Source: Yuukianura sp. NJ FZ-2021 (taxonomy: Eukaryota). From it: a DNA stretch of 64,000 nt. Numbering within the stretch: position 1 is the stretch's first letter; every line of letters starts with the position of its first letter. Shown here piece by piece: positions 30,731 to 41,912 of this stretch. Location: contig CM102285.1 of NCBI GenBank assembly GCA_046563655.1, positions 2,170,001 to 2,234,000 of the forward strand, in the 5' to 3' direction. Made by a program: the position numbers and the translations under genes. Under the pieces are notes generated by a model, which saw nothing but the letters and a program-made list of their open reading frames with translations, did not search any database and was not told the origin of the DNA.

Positions 30731-31347
30731 ATGTTAAGCATTGCGTTTCCAGCGGCGATTCTCCTATTGGCACCCGTGAGATCTGAAGATTCATCGCTCA
30801 TTACAGATGGAACAAGTCGTGGGGGGCATGGAGGAGGGGGAGGGGGAGGGGGTGGCGGAGTAATGGGAGTCGATGGTCCATACTCCAATCAATATCACTA
30901 CAACTCCTATGGGGGTCAAGGCCAAATGGGTGGAGGGACGACTATGGGGGGCATGGGAGGAGGGCAGATGATGAATTCAATGGGACAAACCTATGCTGGA
31001 GTTGCGTTTGACGCAAGTACGGGTCTGTTCCTTATCCTTGGAGCCATCATTGTATTACTTGCGGTTGCTGCTTGTAAGTTTTTCTTCACAATTATAAAAA
31101 AAGTAGTTTGTATGAATTTTTGGAAGTAGTTTTTCAAAAAAAAAAAACTACTATTGGTTGAATTTTTTTCTCAGTTGCGAATAGAGGTTCGGGCGGCATG
31201 GGTTCATCAAGTTCGGGATCATCTGGGTGGGGCTCAGACAGCGGACAGACGAGCAACACTTGGAGGTCATATAATGTGGCAGGAGCTGCGGAAAAAGTAC
31301 TTAACGCAGTTGAGAAAGTTTATGAATCCTATAGCAAAACTCACTAA
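30731..31347 (+). CDS. Small Gly-rich protein with signal peptide and one TM helix (2 exons: 30731-31073, 31175-31347)
   Basis: MLSIAFPAAILLLAPVRS; poly-Gly/GGM region; TM GLFLILGAIIVLLAVAAF; spliced tail ...RSYNVAGAAEKVLNAVEKVYESYSKTH*; TATA-like TATAAA near 30469. Confidence 0.65.
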
Positions 31348-32816
31348 CAATGGGTAAATAAATTTTGAACTTCTATGCTTTAAATAAGTTTCAAGAATTA
31401 AAAAAATTCATATAAAAACAATTGTGTGCAGCAAACTTAATTTTTTTTTCACAAGCATTTTCGTGCTTCTATTTGCAATTTTCAAAATCAGACTTTCGTT
31501 ACGTAAAACGTAACAAATTCAATTTTAATTTTTTTTTTCAATTTTTTTTTGCAGCATTCAATTGAAATAATCGAAGTTGGAGGTCAAATGAGTCCGTAAA
31601 ACAATCCAACGGTTAACAGATTTTTTGAACAGTTTCGAATGATGGCAAGACACTCTAACATTGACATTGACTCCCGTAAAAACAACAATTTTTGACTTGA
31701 CAGGACACTTTTGCGTTCTTCTGGACTTACGATTTCACGAAAATTACATTTGTTTCCTTGTTTTTACTAGAAAGTTCTCTTTTGACGTATTTTTAGATGA
31801 CAAGACGATGTCTAGTGTAACGCAGTTTTGACAACCCTTTTCTATTTTCAATTTACATTACTAACTTAATGACAATGCCATTTATAGTTGACTGACGTCT
31901 GACGTCGACGCTTAACTGCCATTTTTGGACTAACTTCGACTGCTTTAGGACAATTTACATACAACATTCTTTGTTATATTTATTATTATTTTTCTACAAA
32001 GTTTATAGTATGTTGTCTATTGACGAAAAACTGAAACCTCAAAACACTTTAAATTGTTTAGCTACTAAAAAAATTACTAAACCAACAAACTTAAAAGTAA
32101 CAATTAAATTAGTAGATAACAGACGCTCCTTTAACACAGCAAAGTTAACTTAAACTAATAAAAACTAAATAAACTTAAGTAAAACTGGTCTTTTTGTTAT
32201 ATATTTGATTTACCAGTTAAATATTTGGAATGGACTTCTGGAATTTCCCATTCTCATTGTGGCTTATGGCCCCAGGCTTTTTCAGACTTGCTTTTCCTGT
32301 GTTGAGCAAAGTTTTGCAAAAAGAAAAATTCAAGATCAAGGTTGCTCACGATCAGATACACCCAGCAGAGCAAAATTTTCACGTGCTGTTTTTCTTTGCT
32401 CTTTAAACTGGCAAGCCAGTCCACTTTAAAGATTGGAAGGAAGAGAAACTAGTAGGAACAAGAACCAGAAAAAAAAATTATACGACGTTAAACAAATTTA
32501 AATGTATATCAAAGCCTATACTTCGTTGTTAGATATTTCAAAGGTCAGATTTGATGTATCTTATCTGTATTGCTATTTTCATCAACAACAAGGTTTGAGA
32601 TTGCAACAAAATATGCTTTGATTTGCAGCTTTTCTGAACGTGAATCATTTTCCTTTTGTCTGTGACGGAAAACGTGTTAACGCTTTAGTATAAAATTCAA
32701 TTTTTTCCTATTACAATTTAAGGGATTTTCCGCTCAAAAGTGGGGGCTCTTGTGGGTTCAATCAAATAGTAACGTTTTTTTTAAACACTAACAACTACGT
32801 ACCACATTTTGGCATT

Positions 32817-34076
32817 ATGTCATCAACTAAAGACATTTCAAAAATGTGCAATCAGGTGAGTAGACAAAAACGACTGTTTCTAATTCATAAAACTTTTTTT
32901 TTTGAATTTTGAAGTTGCAATTTTTTTGTACTTATTTTGTTGAAGCTTAGAGAACTTTTGAAAGACATGACCCTAGATGAATACTATAAAAATGATGGAT
33001 ACCTTTTTCGTTGGTTGCAGTGTATACTACACATTAATATTCTAAACGAATTTATACAAAAACAAAAGGAATGAAATTTCTTTGCTTCAAATTATGGTTT
33101 AACTTTTTAGATACAAACTATGACGTGCAGAAGTCAGCTGAAGCACTGAAAAAAGTTAGTTTTTTTTTCAGAATTTGTTTTTCACAAAAAGGCAACAGAA
33201 AATTTTGAAATTTTCAGAGCCTTGAATGGCAGAAAAACGTGGATTTGGAGGCAATTGCAACCGAAGATTTCTCTGATCTCGTGGAAAGATTTCCTTTAGA
33301 TTTGATTGAAACGGACAAACAAGGTCGAGTGGGTAAGTCACAGTTCATACAAATTTTAGACGATTTAGTTTACATTAGAATTTACATTTTAATTAAAATG
33401 ATTTTAGTGTTGATATTTAGTTGTGCAAGTTTTGTTTCACAACTTTGATTGCAAGAATTTTGATTTTGAGAATCACTGGGATCGTTGCCTCCGTTTTGCT
33501 TGGTGGAATCAACTCCAAATTGAAAATCGCATAAAGTCGCATTACGAAACGGCTGGAAGACTTGCATGCCAATATGTGGCTCTCCTCGATTGCAGGAAGA
33601 TGGGTGACCTCGCAAAACAAGTTGGTTTAAGACGTATGGTTAAAGGTTAGTTTCAAATTTTGAAACAAAAATTTAGAAATTTTCAAGTTGTGATTGTTTT
33701 GTTTCAAATTCCAAAGAAGCTTTATCCTTGAGCCGATTTTTTAAAACAGGAATGATAATGGTGAAACAAATTGTATCCACAATTGAAAACAATTTTCCGC
33801 GTGGCATGATTGTTACTCATGTGATTAATGGTAGGAAGTCTAACATTGACAATATTTGAATAATTTAACATTACAAAAATGTGAGGTTATATTTTTAATT
33901 TTTGTCTTAATAACTTATTTTATTACTGTTGTGTAGCTCCCACGATCTTCTTCATGGTTTACTCAGCCATAAAACCTTTGTCTTCGGCGGCAACTATGGA
34001 AACCTTTCGTATCCATCGAAATCAAAATTCATTTGACTGGCGTCTTGAAGTACTCGGATCTCAATGTATAAACTGA
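32817..34076 (+). CDS. CRAL-TRIO/SEC14-like lipid-binding protein, copy 1 (7 exons)
   Basis: DGYLFRWL..YDVQKSAEALKKSLEW (CRAL-TRIO N), TDKQGRVV, QYVALLD, IENNFPRGMIVTHVINAPTIFFMVYSAIKP. Confidence 0.85.
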
Positions 34077-35177
34077 AACCTTCGAGTTACAAGTCTTTGA
34101 GTCTTTTAGTTACTAAAATTGCTCAATTTGGAATAATTGCTTAGTTAAGTCTTACTGACACACTTTGTCTACAATAATTTTGGGTTAGCTTAAAAATAAT
34201 GTTAATGTTAAGATGATGTTAAAAATAGTTTTGACTTAACCTAGTATAAAACCCACTGTGAGACAAACACAGCGTCTGTAAGCTAACGCCAAAATTTAAT
34301 GAAACATAATTATTATGATGCCACCCGAATTAAACGAATCTCAAACGTCAAATCAAGGCGCCCGTTATTTTTCGCTTGAAAAGTGGGTTTACTGCTGATT
34401 TTTTTTTAATTCCAAACCCAATTACATAGTAGCTCAGCTTTAACACTGTACAATTGGGAATTATTATAATGATAATGAATCATACAAAAAATTATGGCAT
34501 TTTACATAGGAAGTACGATCCTCTGCATTTTGAAAAATTCCACTTTAAGCCGTACAGCCCTTCAGGGAAAATGTCTACAAAAATATTAAAAATAAGTTTC
34601 AAAAATAAACTTTAAAAAGTACTAAAAACCTTTCAGCTTCAGCACCGGCGTGGAATTTTCCATTCTGATTGTGGCTTCTAGCCTCAGGCTTTTTCGTATT
34701 AGCTTTTCCTGTTCTAAGACAAGTTTTAATCTTCACATTTTTTTTTGTAGCCAGTCACTTTAAAGGTTTTAAGAAAACTAAACTCGTGGGAGCAAGAACC
34801 AGAAAAAAAAATTTGAACGACGTCAAGCGTATTCAATTTAAATAAATATCAAAATCTGGGCTTTCCGTTGTTGGATATTTGGAGGTCAAAGGTCAGATTC
34901 GTATCTTATCTGTATCGCTATTTTCCTTAACACAAGGTCAACTTTGAGATTGGCAACAACACATGCAGCTTTGTTTTGCAACTTTACTGAATGTGAATCA
35001 TTTTCTTTTTGCCAGTGACTGAAAACGTGTGCACGCTTTAGTATAAAATTCGTATTTTTTCTCGTTTATAATTTAAGGCATTTTTCAGTGGAACTTTGCT
35101 GGGGTCGGGTCAACCAAACTTAAAACGTTTTTTCTTCTTCAACAATAACAGCTACAACCAAAAGTTATATTCACATT

Positions 35178-36563
35178 ATGTCGCCAACCAAAGATACTTC
35201 GGAGATATGCAATCAAGTAAGTAGAAAACACACTTTCTATCTCATAAGACTTTCATTTTTTGAGTTTTGTTGCAATTTTTTTACTTATGCTTTTTGAAGC
35301 TGAGAGAATTTTTGAAAGACGTGACTCTAGACGACTACTATATATTAAGTGATGGATACCTTTTGCGTTGGTTACAATGTATGTTACACACTTCAATTCT
35401 AAGTTAATTTATACAAAAAACAATTTGAAATTATTATTATTTGTCAAATTATGATTGAATTTTAACTCCTTTCTTAGATACAAGCTTCGACGTCCAAAAG
35501 TCAGCCGCCGCATTGAAAAAAGTTAGTTTTTTTTTCAACTAGATGATTTTTTGTCGACGAAGCTGCGTCAATTGAAAACTTTAAAATTTTTAGAGCCTTG
35601 AATGGCAGAAAAAAGTGGATTTGGATGCAATTGCAACTGAAGACTTTTCTGATCTAGCGGAAAGATTTCCGTTAGATTTGATTGAAACGGACAAACACGG
35701 TCGAGTGGGTAAGTAAAAGTCCAGACAATTTTACACGACTAGCTTATACCAAAATTGGCATTTAAATTAAAATTTCAGGAATTAATTTTACTGTTGTTAT
35801 TTAGTTGTGCAAGTTTTGTTTCACAAGTTTGATTGCAAGAACTTTGATTTTGAGAATCAGTGGGATCGTTGCCTCCGTTTTGCTTGGTGGTGCCAACTCC
35901 AGATAGAAAATCGCATAAAGTCGCACTACGACAAGGCTGGACAAATTGCATGTCAGTATGTGTCTATCATCGACTGTAGGAAGATGGGTGACCTTGCAAA
36001 ACAAGTTGGATTAAAGCGTATGATTAAAGGTTAGCTTTAAAGTCAATTTTTAAACAAAATTTTTTTAACATTTTTATATTGTGTTTCAAAAGTTGAAAAC
36101 GTGTTTTATAGCAAACCGATTTTTTGAAACAGGAATGCTATTGGTGAAAGAAATCGTTTCTACAATCGAAAACAACTTTCCGCGTGGCATGGTTGTTACA
36201 CATGTGATTCATGGTAAATTTGAATTTGAATTTTATTTATTATAATTTTATATTATAATTTATTATAATTATAATTTATTATAATTTATTTGAATTTGAA
36301 AATTATAGTCTAAGACTGACAATTTTTCTACAATACGTAACCAAATGTAATGTTATATTTTTAGGTTTTGTATTAACTCATCATATGACTTTTGTGTAGC
36401 TCCTAGGGCCTTCTTTATGGTTTACTCCGCCGTGAAGCCTTTGTTTTCGGCGGCAACTGTAGACACTTTTCGTGTCCATCGAAATCACAGTTCATTTGAC
36501 TGGCGTCTTGAAGTACTCGGATCTCAATGTAAAACTGAAACCTTCCTGTTAGAAACTTATTAG
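35178..36563 (+). CDS. CRAL-TRIO/SEC14-like protein, copy 2
   Basis: Collinear exon-by-exon paralog of copy 1; a 1-nt deletion near the end extends the C-terminus (CKTETFLLETY*). Confidence 0.82.
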
Positions 36564-37789
36564 GTATCAAAATTTCTCAATTCGGCTTGGTTAAGTCTAA
36601 GTCATTCTGACATAGATTGTGAGTTAGTACCTTAGGTACGCTTTTACGGCAAATCTCTGATACTTTTCGCACCCTCAAACGTTAGCAGAAAACGTTATGA
36701 TCATGATGCTCGCCGTCATTACGATCGGTGGCCATTTCGAAAATAACATTGCAGGAGGATGTCGCTCTTGCTCTCCACGTGGCCCCAGCGTTTGTGGTCA
36801 TTGATGACCATGTCAAAGGTCAAGGTCGTCTTAGCCTTGCATAGAATGGAGGCACTTGTTGATATCATTTTTGATTTTATTTTTATGTATATGGCTGCAG
36901 ATGTGGAGATCTATGACCATGTCAAAGGTCAAAGTCGCTCTTGACTTCCCTGGAATCGGCGAAGTTGTTGATTTCATTTACGGCTGTAGATGTCGACATC
37001 GGTAGACATGTCTTTATCTCGGTACTTCACAGATTCACTGATTTTTGGTCATTTGTGACCTTTCACATGAGCGGAAGCCAATGCCAGTGACTCCCATTTG
37101 TTCCCAACGGAGCCCGCTGTTAGCGCCTCCCAGAAGATGAGTGCATGAAACACCACTGTTTTAGGCACAGTTTTTTACAATTTTTACTTACTTTTACCTT
37201 TGTTAACCTTTGGTGACCTCCAGGTCACTGGATCTGCTCACAAACGGTCGCCATGTGTAACGCCCTACGACGCTAAACAACTGGAAAATGCTCCCCACGA
37301 GACTACTCACTGAGCCCACAGACTCACAGATCCAATAACCTCCAAGAAACCACCACTGAAAACCACGTCGATACATAAATATATGAAGATATATTTATTG
37401 TATCGATAAATACCGAATAACACAATCATGACGAAACTGATCTCCAACTCAATCGAACACCAAATCAGAACTAACGACTAAACTCTAATATACAAAATCT
37501 CCTTTCTCTCTAAACCACACCGCATCTCAAATCTTTCGCGGCTCAACTCGCCGCATCCTAACCTAACTAATCGCCAGAGTAGCAGACGTCAACAAACAAA
37601 AAAAACGAAAAACAACACTTCCTGTCTGAGAAAGACGAGTCCGTTGTACGGCAAATCTTTCTGCTTCGCGTACCCCATTTTTACGAGGGCGAGAGCACGT
37701 CATTTCCTGCGTCTTTGAATGGGTATTCCCGACTTTGTATTTCTTTTCCAGATTATCTCTCTTTTTGCTCCTGCGACCGGAAGTTACTC

Positions 37790-37975
37790 ACCGCCAGGCT
37801 GCTCACTTTCCTTGGTGAGTAGCTCTAGGTCCGTTTGCGAATCAAGGAAATATGATGCCACGTACTTCCTATCGACGAGAAACAGTGCGCAATGACTTAC
37901 ACACGGTGCAACAGCGTTATCGTTCCGTTCGCTATACTCCTTGAGGTGGATATGTTCCACCGGAATCAGTATCCT
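37790..37975 (-). pseudogene. Exon resembling a clan CE cysteine protease (Ulp1/SENP or adenain-like) inside the TIR element
   Basis: Bounded by cttcatag| and |gtgagt; reads ILIPVEH...VSHCALFLVDRKYVASYFLDSQ (compare Ulp1 I.IP.....HW.L..ID.....YYDS). Confidence 0.4.
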
Positions 37976-38577
37976 ATGAAGCAGAAATCCGCAGAGTTAG
38001 TTCCCGATTCAATGGAAACTTTTCTAGCAACGGGATAATCACTTCTTCCTTCTGATTAAATTCACACAGAATTGCGATTTGAAATTTCTTGTTTCGCTTG
38101 CAAACAATGAACACTCCATAGTTATAGAGAACGGGCAGAGCCGGTGCACAATCATTGATTATGCTCTAAATTATGTAGTAAGAAAGAGATTCGGAAAAAG
38201 ACTGATGATTTATTCGGAGATTCCAGAAATATTTATACTAAGCAAAAAGGTACTGTCCTTAGCTAAGGGTTTGTTTGTAACATAATAAAAGACCAAAAAG
38301 TATAAAACTGGAATTGAGAACGAAAACAGTTTTTGGGGTCACCCAATGCTATTGCATGGGTGACCGTCATATGAGTACTTTTATGACACAGCACTTAGAC
38401 AATTGGAAAAACAGAGATTGAAAAAGGGATTCGGCGAAAGTCAAAGGGACTTCAAAACTGAAACAAACAGGATGCAAGGTTTATGGTCAGGTCGATTGAC
38501 CTGACCTTACAGTTTTCACAAAAACAGATAAACTTATTTTTAATTATAAATTACGATTCCAGTTGCAGTAGTAACAT

Positions 38578-40150
38578 CACAGAGAATATGGCATGCCGAA
38601 TTTTTTGCGGAGAACTCTGTCAATGTTAATTCTTACATTGTAGAGCTTTGCTGGTGCGAGCATGTCATACATGTAGGCACACCTAAAATAAAAAGCAGTA
38701 TATTTAATCACAAGTTGGCCAAAGTTCTAAATAACCTAACTCGATTAAATGAAAACTAATTTAGCGTGCTCACACCGCTACCTCGAATAAATATGGCCGC
38801 TGCCACGCCCTCAGACTCCGAATCACTGATCCGCAGATCCCACAACCTACCGAAAGACCAGAACTCACCAGAACACAAAACACATCGCTGAAATAAAAAT
38901 ATAAGTATATATTTATTGTAGCATGTAAATAAACTGAAAATGATCACTGAATAATACAACGTGAATACGAACTGATCATCTCACCTCTGATCTCTCTCCC
39001 ACCAAAGCACAATACAGACTAAAAACTAAACTATACACAAAATCCAATCTTCCTCTTCACCTCGCCTCTCTTCGAATCTCCCACAATACACATCCTCATC
39101 TCATCGTACCCCTACTCTGAATCTGTACACTAACCTAATGATACTAACAATAGGGTAATCGATGAGCAGCCACTTCACTAACCAGTTTTTAATGTCGATG
39201 ACCACCAACAGGATATGCACTGGAATTTTTACAGATACGAGCACGATCTCGGTATCCGATGGTATGGCCAAAAACGTTACCTCCATAATTCCCAGAACGT
39301 CCATCGTAGGGATGACGAATGATGTTGCTTTTAGGTCGCTGTAATGACAGCCTAAATCCAGCTCGCTGTATTCCGATACATTGAAATGCACAGAACGAAA
39401 TGCCTGTTCCGTTGGAATGTAGTGTATTTTTTTTGGCGAAGTGCATACTTTCTGTATCAGTTTCTACAAAACAAAAAGAATTAGAGTATTAAATATTTGT
39501 TTAAATATTAAGAAACTAAACTGACCAACATTCATAAACGCGCAAAAAATCACAGGACGAGTTCCTTTGTCTGTCTCAGCTGCAAGTTCATCCACCAGTT
39601 GTTTCCCTACCTTGGCCCCGTGGTCGTAGTGTTCGTCTTTGCATTCGATGGACTTCTAAACGTGTTCTGGAGCGGTTGCACGTTAGGTGAATCCATCCAA
39701 TCAAGGCGATGTGAAGCCGGGACATTTTTCATCATGAAGTATGAATGCACTTCATGAAGTCCGCGCTGAGTACAGACGAGATCATTCACTCTGTATATGA
39801 GTTCGTCACGATCGGTTGTTGTGTTTCTGAAATTTTGAAATAAAATTTTAGATGGACACATTCTAGCATAGTCTACACATTGAATTTTAGTAACTATTTG
39901 TAATTAGTAAAACAACTTATTAATGTTAAACTTGCCCTATTTGTCGAAATTTGTCCACCACTATTGAGTAATCTTCGCGAATTACCCGAGGAACTCCTTT
40001 GGGCTTCCCTCTCATGTCGGAGGGTAATACTTCCAATACTTCTTCCCAATGTCTGGTGAAGTATGACGGAAGACGCGTTCCGCACTGAAAGCGTTGACAG
40101 ACATTGACAATCAGCGGTGCCGGTGGTGGAGTTTTTGATGTTGATGACAT
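38578..40150 (-). pseudogene. Multi-exon gene of unknown function inside the TIR element, interrupted by stops/frameshifts
   Basis: Collinear minus-strand ORF pieces (39926-40150, 39607-39861, 39101-39460, 38756-38890, 38578-38683) separated by AT-rich intron-like gaps with AG acceptors. Confidence 0.4.
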
Positions 40151-40616
40151 TTTACTTTAACGTTAAACGTTTAGGCTAACTTTACTTGTAATCATCTAGT
40201 GCTTTGGTACAGGTTAGGTTGTGAACTGAATACACAAGAACAGCAAGTCTCCTCCACCATTTCGCTATTTCGAGATAATTTTTAGGATGCAATTCCTAGA
40301 TTTCTCCAACACCCGAGGCTAAACAGCTTGTACCAACGTGTAACTAGACACGTTTGAAGCATGTTTCATTAACACACAGACAAACACCAGCATATGAATT
40401 TTGAACGTTTGAAATTTTAAAAGTAGAATTTTTAGAATGCAAATACTAGAACACCCAGGGCTAACAGGTTGTACACTTATACACGTTAGAAGCAATTTTT
40501 TTAACACAAGGATGCAAGTGCACAATCGCAATTCTCCTCTCAGTTAACTTCCCAGTCCCTATGACGAATCCACGCCAACCGGACGAGTCACACGAGTTCA
40601 TTCACAACCATGTATC

Positions 40617-41912
40617 AGCTAATGGAAGTGGCAGGGAAAAGCCCCTTTTTCAAAATGGCCGCCGTGCTTATCAGCAATTGCATCTACAATGACGTTTTTT
40701 TTTGGATGACGTCATAACCCCACCCACTTCCACACCCCCCTTCTTCCTGCTATATATCCCTCCCCCTATATCCCCCCTAAACGTTACCTCGCCCATACAA
40801 AAAAAAAAATAAAAAAAAATACAACAATGGAAATTTGGCAACAATTGAATTTTAATACAAAAATTTTTGAAAATTTAAAAAAAAATGAAATTTGAAAATA
40901 AAATAGATGTCTAATATTTTTAAACTTGCAAAATCTGAAGTAGCTATTCGTCGCTGTCGCTGAAGTGGTCTGAGGAATCTTGTCCGGAGGAAGCTGCTGG
41001 TTTCTTTGCATACCCAAATCCATCTGGTTTGTGAATACGCTTAGCAAATCCTTTCTTGGATCGTAGAACATGCAAATGATTCTTTCTTGCATTCGTTCCG
41101 ATGACATGGTGAGTTGTGTCTGGGCAATTACATTTGTCAATCTTGTATCTTTATATCTCTTATATCTCCCCCCAAAGTATGTCACCTTTGTTCAATGCAA
41201 TGCGGCTGCGCACCTTGATGATATTTCGTCCTTGCAGTCTTCCACCATAATACCTCACGTTGCGTACCTTGGGATTGCAGGCGTGGTTGATAAACCTAGC
41301 CAGATTTCCTTGTTTCTTTGCATCGATGTACTTGCCCTTTGCCACCTCAAAAAGATAATTGGTCAGCACTCAAGAAAAGAGTAGCATATGATTCAACTCA
41401 TCCATTCGCCTAACCCAACCCGTAGTTAAATTCGTACCCATCTTTTCTCCCCTTTGTCATGCAGCATTCTCTTCCGCTTCCATTTGTAGTTTTTCTTCCT
41501 CTGTGATTATTTCTCCGGCGTACAATAATAAATCAGTGTTGGCCGGAATATCTTTTGCCGATTTGAGCCCAAGTCCCTCGACACGTTCTTCATAGTATAC
41601 GTAGAACCACGGAGTAGGCGGGAAGTTTTTAGCATCGACTTCGACGTTGCTGTAAACGATCGATCCGACCCTTTCAAATTTTTGCATGTTATGCAGTTTG
41701 TCTAACTCCTTTTGCGCCTTTTCGTCAGTTGTGAGTAGTGAAACCCCGATGCATGCCGCTGGAAATCAAAAACCGACAGCGATTACGATAGACGGTTCGA
41801 TCACTGGGGGGTGATGACGTCATCCAAAAAAAACGTAATTGGAGATGCAATTGCTGATAAGCACGGCGGCCATTTTGAAAAAGGGGGCTATTCCCTTCCA
41901 CTTCCATTAGCT
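40617..41912. mobile_element. Nested 1.3-kb TIR element with AG...CT termini and perfect 6-bp TSD (Maverick/Polinton-like deletion derivative)
   Basis: TGTATC|AGCTAATGGAAGTGG ... CCACTTCCATTAGCT|TGTATC; ~105-bp TIRs (40617-40721 / ~41808-41912), over 90% identical by eye. Confidence 0.88.
40944..41759 (-). pseudogene. SET-domain lysine methyltransferase gene, spliced, 5'-truncated, with nonsense codons
   Basis: GLGLKSAKDIP...LYAGEII (motif I), YLFEV...IDAKKQGNLARFINHACNP (motif III), then KGDILW and post-SET-like KCNCPDTTHHVIG; phase-1 intron g|gtacg...ttgag; TGA at 41457-41459 and a TAA-containing 9-bp duplication GAGATATAA. Confidence 0.85.
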
